44,172 nucleotides of DNA, taken from NCBI GenBank assembly GCA_038228785.1, contig JBBROZ010000003.1:1-44172 (forward strand). The letters run 5' to 3'. Of this stretch, positions 37,851 to 44,172 are shown piece by piece. Numbering within the stretch: the first letter of the stretch is position 1; the number at the start of each line of letters is the position of its first letter. This DNA is from Patescibacteria group bacterium. Its GTDB lineage: Bacteria > Patescibacteriota > Microgenomatia > Woykebacterales > JBBROZ01. The notes beneath the pieces were generated by a model. It searched no databases, was not told where the DNA came from, and saw nothing but the letters and a program-made list of their open reading frames with translations. The translations under genes and the position numbers were made by a program.

Positions 37851-40800
37851 TTAGGTCAACCTAGCCCTCTCGCCGGTTGGGATGAGTCGACCGATGATCA
37901 CGTTTTCTTTAAGTCCCAGTAGCGGGTCAATCCGTCCAGTGGTGGCGGCGTCAGTTAGAACTGAGGTCGTCTCCTGGAATGACGCAGCTGATAGGAATGA
38001 GTCAGTAAATAGCGCGGCTCTAGTAATACCAAGTAAGACCAGTTGGGCCGTCGCCGGCTCTCCGCCTTCGGCCAAAACTTTCGCGTTGGCGTGGTTAAAG
38101 CGGTTGCGGTCAACTAGCTCGCCTGGGAGAAGAGTGGTATCGCCCTTACTCTCAACTCTGACTTTCTCGCTCATCTTTTTGACGATGGCTTCAAAGTGCT
38201 TGTCGTTAATGGACACACCTTGAGACTCGTAAACGCGCTGGATCTCAGCGATGATGTATTCCTGGGCGGCCCGAACACCTTTGATCTCTAAGATTTGTTT
38301 GATATCAATATGTCCAGCCGTCAAGGGCTCACCAGCGGCGATCAGATCCTTGTCTTTGACTAGTAGCTCTGAGGTGGCCGGGATAAGATATTCTTTCTCA
38401 TCTCCGCCCTCAACTTTGATCCGAACCTTGCGTTCGATACCATCGGTGACGACTTCGACTTTCCCAGTTACTTCCGCCACGATGGCCGGAGTCTTTGGCA
38501 CCCTGGCCTCAAATAATTCCTCGACACGCGGCAGTCCTTGGGTGATATCTAGTCCCACGATTCCCCCTAAGTGGAAGGTTCTCATGGTGAGCTGTGTTCC
38601 AGGTTCTCCAATCGACTGGGCGGCGATGACTCCAACGGGAGTTCCGATCTCAACCATTTTCTTGGAACTTAGATCCCAACCGTAACAACGGCCACAAATT
38701 CCGTACTTGGCTTTACAAGTAAGAGGAGACCGAAGATTTACTTCTTTAATACCAGATTCGACGATCTTCTTAGCCGCTTCGTCGGTGATCTCGGCGTCAG
38801 CGCCTAAGACCTCTTTGCCTTTAGCGGTTTCCACAGGAGTGGCAGTGATCCGACCGGTCAAACGCTCCACGAAATTAGCAGTTCGATCCTCGGAATCGAT
38901 GGCTAACACCCCTTCGGTTGTTCCACAGTCGTCGGTTCGGACCATGACATCATGGGCCACATCGACTAGACGTCTGGTCAGGTATCCGGCCTCGGCGGTT
39001 TTAAGCGCTTTATCGACCAAACCTTTTCTAGCACCCCGACTTGAGGTGAAGTACTCGAAAACGTTTAGCCCTTCTCTGAAGTTGGATTTAGTCGGTAGCT
39101 CGACGACTTTACCGGTCGGGTCGGCTACCAGTCCACGCATTCCGGCGATCTGTTTGACCTGATCCCTAGATCCTCTAGACCCAGATTCCACGATGGCCCG
39201 AATCGAGTTGTAGCTACCCAAGTGCTGCCAAGTCAGCTCATCGATTTGGGCAGTCAGAGCGCTCCAGACCCGCTCGGCAAGCTTGATTTTCTCGGTCTTG
39301 GTGATAAGACCCTTACGCCAGTTTTTTTCGATCTCTTCGACTTGGCGCTCGCCTTCACCGATCAGCTTACCTTTTTGCGGAATGGTAGCGGCGTCTGAGA
39401 TCGACATCGACAAACCTGACCTGGTGGCATAACGGAATCCGATATTTTTGATGTGGTCGATTAGTCGCACGGCCTCGTCTCGTCCCAGCTCACGAATGGT
39501 CCTATCGACGATCTTGATGATATCGCTACCTTTGATCTGACGGTTTTCAAAGCGGTACTTAATGGGGAGTATTTCGTTAAACAAAATCCGCCCGACTGTG
39601 GTTTCAATGACTTCCCCACCAATCATGACTTTGATCAGCTGTCGCAGCTTTAATTTGCGAACCATGTAGGCTAAGATCGCTTCTTCTTCGCTTCCGATAA
39701 TCGAGTCTTCCCGAAGTGTCCCGTTTAGCTCAACGCCAGTTAGATAAAAGATTCCAAGCCAAGCCTCGGCTTTCGGGGTCATAACGGGAGCACCGTCACT
39801 GGGTTTACGTAAGTTGTTGGTCGACATCATGAGATTAATCGACTCATCAATAGCTTCTTTGCTGAGCGGAACGTGTACGGCCATTTGGTCACCGTCAAAG
39901 TCGGCCCCATAGCCCACACAAACCGAAGGATGGATCGCGATAGCCTTACCCTCGGTCAATACTGGGAAAAAGGCCTGAATACCGAGTCGGTGCAAGGTTG
40001 GCGCGCGGTTTAATAGAACCGGGTGGCCTTTGGTGACGTCTTCAAGAATGTCCCAGACCTCAGTCCCACGGCGCTCGAAGACGTGCTTGGCCGATTTGAC
40101 GTTCGGGGCGTAGCCTTGCATGATGAGCTCCCTTAGAACAAATGGGCGGAAGAGCTCGAGAGCCATCTCTTTTGGCAAACGGCACTGATTTAGGGCCAAC
40201 TCTGGACCGATAACGATGACCGATCGACCGGAATAATCGACTCTTTTTCCAAGTAAGTTTTGTCGGAAGCGACCTTGCTTACCCTTAAGCATATCGGACA
40301 AACTCCTGAGCTCTTGCTGATTAGCGGCCGGACGGACTCCCGGGCGTTGGGTCGAATCAATTAGTGAATCAACCGCTTCTTGGAGCATTCTTTTTTCGTT
40401 GCGCAAAATGATCTCAGGAGCTCCCAGCTCAGTTAGACGACGCAAGCGGTTGTTGCGATTAATGACCCGACGATACAGATCGTTTAGATCAGAAGTCGCG
40501 AACCGCCCACCAGACAGCTGCACCATCGGACGAAGGTCGGGTGGGATGACCGGCAGGATGTGCATGATCATCCACTCTGGTCTAACACCAGACAATCTAA
40601 GTCCCTCCACCACATGTAGCCTCTTGGTGGCTTTGACTTGCTTTTGGCCACTGCCGGTTGAGACCTCTTCTTTAAGATTGGCGGCTAACTTATCAAGATC
40701 GATTTCTTTAAGCACTTTCTCCAAAGACTCGGCGCCCATTCCAACGGTGAAGAAGTCGTTGACCTCGTATTCCATCAGCTTGAAGAACTCATCTTCTGAG

Positions 40801-41540
40801 AGCAAGGTCAGCCGAGCTAGATTTTCGACTTTTTCGGTCAAACTCTTAAAGATCTCTTCCAAACGGCTCATCTCAAGAACCAGCTCGTCTTTTAGTTGAA
40901 CGATCTTCTGACGGCTTTTTAGCTCCATCTCGCCTGAGACGATCGCTTTGTGCTCTTTGTCTTTGATGTCTAATTTCTTGGTTTCGGTTTTGAGCTCGCT
41001 CTCGAGCTCGGCTACCTGCTGCGTGTGAACATCCTCCATCTTGATCTTCTCCGAGGCCATCTTGTCTTGGAGTTTTTTGAGCGCGTCTTGTTTTTTATCC
41101 TCATCAACTGAGGTCACGAGATACTGGGCAAAATAAATGACCGCGTCCAGACTTCTTGGGGTCATATCCAAAATCAACGAGAGTTTGCTAGGGGCCCCTT
41201 TGAAAAACCACACGTGAGCCACGGCGGCTGAAAGGGTGATGTGCCCCATCCGCTCACGTCTAACTTTGCTTTGGGTTACCTCAACGCCACACTTGTCACA
41301 AATCACACCCTTGTACCGGATGCGCTTATATTTACCACAGTAACATTCCCAATCTTTGCTCGGTCCGAAAATACGCTCGTCAAATAATCCGTCTTTTTCC
41401 GGTTTTAGGGTGCGGTAATTAATGGTCTCAGGCTTGGTGATTTCCCCGTGCGACCAGTTTTTGACGGTCTCGGGAGAGGCTAGCGAAACTCTTAGCGAGC
41501 GGAAATCTTTGATGATGGTTTCAGTCATTTCTTTAATCAT
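37851..41540 (-). CDS. rpoC: RNA polymerase beta' subunit (alternative start at the ATG at 41528)
   Basis: Motifs KPETINYRT, Zn finger CYCGKYK...CDKCGVE, GRFRQNLLGKRVDYSGRSVI, NRAPTLH, ADFDGDQM, QLTMRTFH and SAASFQET. Confidence 0.99.
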   Translation of the reverse strand: MIKEMTETIIKDFRSLRVSLASPETVKNWSHGEITKPETINYRTLKPEKDGLFDERIFGPSKDWECYCGKYKRIRYKGVICDKCGVEVTQSKVRRERMGHITLSAAVAHVWFFKGAPSKLSLILDMTPRSLDAVIYFAQYLVTSVDEDKKQDALKKLQDKMASEKIKMEDVHTQQVAELESELKTETKKLDIKDKEHKAIVSGEMELKSRQKIVQLKDELVLEMSRLEEIFKSLTEKVENLARLTLLSEDEFFKLMEYEVNDFFTVGMGAESLEKVLKEIDLDKLAANLKEEVSTGSGQKQVKATKRLHVVEGLRLSGVRPEWMIMHILPVIPPDLRPMVQLSGGRFATSDLNDLYRRVINRNNRLRRLTELGAPEIILRNEKRMLQEAVDSLIDSTQRPGVRPAANQQELRSLSDMLKGKQGRFRQNLLGKRVDYSGRSVIVIGPELALNQCRLPKEMALELFRPFVLRELIMQGYAPNVKSAKHVFERRGTEVWDILEDVTKGHPVLLNRAPTLHRLGIQAFFPVLTEGKAIAIHPSVCVGYGADFDGDQMAVHVPLSKEAIDESINLMMSTNNLRKPSDGAPVMTPKAEAWLGIFYLTGVELNGTLREDSIIGSEEEAILAYMVRKLKLRQLIKVMIGGEVIETTVGRILFNEILPIKYRFENRQIKGSDIIKIVDRTIRELGRDEAVRLIDHIKNIGFRYATRSGLSMSISDAATIPQKGKLIGEGERQVEEIEKNWRKGLITKTEKIKLAERVWSALTAQIDELTWQHLGSYNSIRAIVESGSRGSRDQVKQIAGMRGLVADPTGKVVELPTKSNFREGLNVFEYFTSSRGARKGLVDKALKTAEAGYLTRRLVDVAHDVMVRTDDCGTTEGVLAIDSEDRTANFVERLTGRITATPVETAKGKEVLGADAEITDEAAKKIVESGIKEVNLRSPLTCKAKYGICGRCYGWDLSSKKMVEIGTPVGVIAAQSIGEPGTQLTMRTFHLGGIVGLDITQGLPRVEELFEARVPKTPAIVAEVTGKVEVVTDGIERKVRIKVEGGDEKEYLIPATSELLVKDKDLIAAGEPLTAGHIDIKQILEIKGVRAAQEYIIAEIQRVYESQGVSINDKHFEAIVKKMSEKVRVESKGDTTLLPGELVDRNRFNHANAKVLAEGGEPATAQLVLLGITRAALFTDSFLSAASFQETTSVLTDAATTGRIDPLLGLKENVIIGRLIPTGERARLT

Positions 41541-44172
41541 TTGGCTTCTTCCTCCTTAGCTAATTCGCTGGCCGTGGGCTCAGACTCGGCTAAAGCTGGC
41601 TCGGCCGCAACGACATCATCGGGGGTAACTTCTTCAATTTCGGCCCCAACTCCCAAACCCTCATTTTCCGTTTCTTTGGCTCCCAACTCTTTGGCGAACT
41701 CCGCACCCTTGGCCTTGTCTTTGGCTTCCGCTTTTAGGGTTTCGTCAGTTTCTTTGATTTCTTCAATTTGGGCGCCTTGCATCTCGATATCTAGGTTCAG
41801 ACCGTTAAGCTCTTTCACTAGAACCTTAAACGACTCTGGAATAGTAGCTTGCGGGATCTCCGTGCCCTTAATGATGGCCTCGATCGCCTTGGCGCGACCA
41901 ACCACATCGTCTGACTTGATGGTCAGCATTTCTTGTAAGGTATGGGCGGCGCCGTAAGCCTCGAGGGCCCAGACTTCCATCTCTCCCAAGCGCTGTCCAC
42001 CCATTTGGGCTTTTCCACCTAAGGGCTGTTGGGTGACCAAAGAGTACGGGCCAGTACTTCTGGCGTGCACTTTTTCGTCAACCATGTGGATTAGTTTCAT
42101 GATGTAAGCGGTCCCAACGACAATGGGTTCCTCGAAGGCCTCGCCGGTTCGTCCGTCGTAAAGGGTCATCTTGCCGCTTTCCGGTAAACCTTGACCGGCC
42201 AGCTCGCTAAACAGCTCACTTTCCTGGAATCCGCCGAACCCAGGGATGGAGGCTTTGTACCCAGCGTGCGTGGCGACCCAACCTAGGTGCGTCTCCAGAA
42301 GCTGCCCCATATTCATACGAGAAATAACTGATAACGGAGAAATGATGATATCAACTGGAGTCCCATCGGCCAAGTAAGGCATATCCTCGACCTTGACCAC
42401 CTTAGAGATGACCCCTTTGTTACCGTGTCGGCCGGCCAGTTTGTCCCCGACGCCGATCTTACTCATCTTGGCCACTTTGACTTTGATAACTTTGATGGTC
42501 CCCGGCTCCATCTCATCTCCGGCCTCACGAGATAGGATCTGGACATCGACGACCGTGCCGCGCTCTCCGTGGGGCAGACGAAGTGAGGTATCGCGAACTT
42601 CTTTGGCCTTCTCCCCGAAAATGGCTCTAAGCAACCGCTCTTCGGCGGTTAACTCAGTCTCACCTTTGGGGGCGATCTTACCAACTAAGATATCGTTCGG
42701 ACCGACCTCGGCCCCGACGTAAACGATGCCCTCTTCATCTAGATTAGCCAAGGCTTCTTCACCGACGTTTGGAATATCGCGGGTGATCTCCTCTGGCCCT
42801 AATTTGGTCTCGACTAATGAGGCTTCGTATTCTTCGATGTGCACTGAGGACAAAGCGTCGTCTCGGACCAGTCGCTCTGAGATAATCAGCGCATCCTCGT
42901 AGCCGAAGCCGTCATAGCTCATGTAAGCCACCGTCATGTTTTGTCCTAGGGCCAGTTCACCGCCGTCGGTAGTCGGACCGTCCGCTAGCAGATCTCCAGT
43001 TTTGACTTTGGCGCCGACGTTTATAACCGGACGCTGGGTGTAGGAAGTGTTCTGGTTGCTACGGATGAAAGTTCGAAGTGGTAAGTCTCTGACTTTGCCA
43101 TCTTTTCCCTTGAGACTGACTTTGGTGGAATCGACAAAAACCACCTCACCATCAAATGGAGCAATCAGCAAACGACCGATATTTCTAGCGACCGCCTCTT
43201 CCATACCTGTTCCAATGGTTGGGGCTTGCGGACGAACCAAGGGCACGGCTTGGCGCATCATGTTGCTACCCATCAAGGCCCGGTTAGCCTCGTCGTTAGC
43301 CACAAAAGGAATCAGCGCAGCTGAGGCGCCTAATATTTCCCAAGAAACGACGTCCATGTAATCAGCGGTGTCGGCGGGCCCTTCGTAGAAATCGCCCTTA
43401 CGACGCAAGGGCACGCGGGCGGTCTTGATATATCCATCTTTGTCCAGCTCGATTCCAGCGTGGGTAATCTGAACTTTTTCCTCGTCGTCGGCCATCAAAT
43501 ATTCAACTTTTTCGGTGACGCGGGGACCTTTTGGAGTTTTCTCGATTTTGCGGTACGGAGCTTCGATGAAGCCGTACTCGTTGATCTTGGCCGTTAGTGA
43601 CAAATGAGTGATCAGTCCGACGTTCGGGCCTTCCGGGGTCTCGATTGGACAAAGCCGGCCATACTGGGAGTGGTTGATATCGTGAACGGTAAAGCTGGCG
43701 CGCTCTCTGGTCAACCCACCTGGACCCATGACCGACAGACGGCGAAGGTGGGCCAACTCTGAGAGCGAGTTGTATTGATCCATGAACTGCGAGAGCTGAC
43801 TACCACCGAAGAATTCGTTAAGACGGGCAATGATTGGACGGGCGTTAACTAGTGAACTTGGGGTGATGAGGGTTGGGTCCGCCGAGATCGACATTCGTTC
43901 CCGGGCTACTCGCTCCATCTGTAAGAGGCCGACGCGAAGGATATTTTGGATCAGTTCCCCAACCGCTCGGACGCGCCGGTTGGCCAGGTGATCAATGTCG
44001 TCGGGCTCACCGTTTCCATTGTTTAAATTAATTAGCTCTTTGACCGCACCGATGACGTCGTCTTGTGAAAGAATCCAGTGATCACCGTCGTTCGGAACCG
44101 CGTTTCCAAGACGTTTGTTGATCTTGTAGCGACCGACTTTGCCTAGTGAGTAGCGACGAGGATTAAAGAATA
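41537..44172 (-). CDS. rpoB: RNA polymerase beta subunit, partial (5' end lies beyond the window)
   Basis: The frame is open upstream of 43918 (DDIDHLANRRVRAVGEL). Motifs SQLSQFMDQ, ETPEGPN, GDKLAGRHGNKG and GQRLGEME. Confidence 0.99.
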   Translation of the reverse strand, partial: FFNPRRYSLGKVGRYKINKRLGNAVPNDGDHWILSQDDVIGAVKELINLNNGNGEPDDIDHLANRRVRAVGELIQNILRVGLLQMERVARERMSISADPTLITPSSLVNARPIIARLNEFFGGSQLSQFMDQYNSLSELAHLRRLSVMGPGGLTRERASFTVHDINHSQYGRLCPIETPEGPNVGLITHLSLTAKINEYGFIEAPYRKIEKTPKGPRVTEKVEYLMADDEEKVQITHAGIELDKDGYIKTARVPLRRKGDFYEGPADTADYMDVVSWEILGASAALIPFVANDEANRALMGSNMMRQAVPLVRPQAPTIGTGMEEAVARNIGRLLIAPFDGEVVFVDSTKVSLKGKDGKVRDLPLRTFIRSNQNTSYTQRPVINVGAKVKTGDLLADGPTTDGGELALGQNMTVAYMSYDGFGYEDALIISERLVRDDALSSVHIEEYEASLVETKLGPEEITRDIPNVGEEALANLDEEGIVYVGAEVGPNDILVGKIAPKGETELTAEERLLRAIFGEKAKEVRDTSLRLPHGERGTVVDVQILSREAGDEMEPGTIKVIKVKVAKMSKIGVGDKLAGRHGNKGVISKVVKVEDMPYLADGTPVDIIISPLSVISRMNMGQLLETHLGWVATHAGYKASIPGFGGFQESELFSELAGQGLPESGKMTLYDGRTGEAFEEPIVVGTAYIMKLIHMVDEKVHARSTGPYSLVTQQPLGGKAQMGGQRLGEMEVWALEAYGAAHTLQEMLTIKSDDVVGRAKAIEAIIKGTEIPQATIPESFKVLVKELNGLNLDIEMQGAQIEEIKETDETLKAEAKDKAKGAEFAKELGAKETENEGLGVGAEIEEVTPDDVVAAEPALAESEPTASELAKEEEAK

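Noticed and set aside
6-43361. Numerous plus-strand ORFs of 60-180 aa in the ORF track (e.g. 13850-14386, 38251-39162, 40399-40899)
   Set aside because: They lie antisense to well-conserved genes and are Ser/Thr-rich mirror translations without motifs. This is the expected shadow of codon bias.
43720-43810. Possible intrinsic rifampicin resistance in RpoB cluster I
   Set aside because: Residues equivalent to Q513, D516, H526 and S531 are canonical. Only peripheral changes (e.g. L533-equivalent Met) are present, which is not enough to call resistance.
1-44172. CRISPR arrays, transposases/integrases, introns or inteins, rRNA, alternative genetic code
   Set aside because: No spaced direct-repeat arrays or mobile-element motifs were seen. 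RecA, RpoB and RpoC are uninterrupted, and TGA serves as a normal stop (e.g. comM, fusA, map).

Overview
Core-genome window from a bacterium, most likely Candidate Phyla Radiation/Patescibacteria (Microgenomates-like). The taxonomy is inferred from the missing rpmD (L30), the DUF3048/DUF5667/DUF5679-type genes and the compact overlapping gene layout. Almost everything lies on the minus strand. From right to left: partial rpoB, rpoC, then the str, S10, spc and alpha ribosomal-protein superoperon through rplM-rpsI, a small membrane ORF, tRNA-Pro(GGG), recA-recX-rny, hup-dgkA-miaA-AI-2E, two DUF5667-type surface proteins (one with a polysaccharide deacetylase domain), RNase P RNA, ndk, comM, lemA-TPM, DUF3048-wHTH-secD and a partial hypothetical gene. 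No rRNA, CRISPR array or mobile element was seen. The most notable observations are: (1) a MYG1/DHH-like gene inserted between rpsG and fusA; (2) RpoC with GADFDGD instead of the near-invariant NADFDGD; (3) a tRNA-Pro with a remodelled elbow (A18, T-loop GGCGGAA); (4) switch-like promoter-leader-terminator RNAs upstream of infA and rplC; (5) widespread leaderless-type promoters; (6) small ORFs missing from the ORF track. All calls come from reading the sequence and recalling motifs; no searches or folding programs were run.
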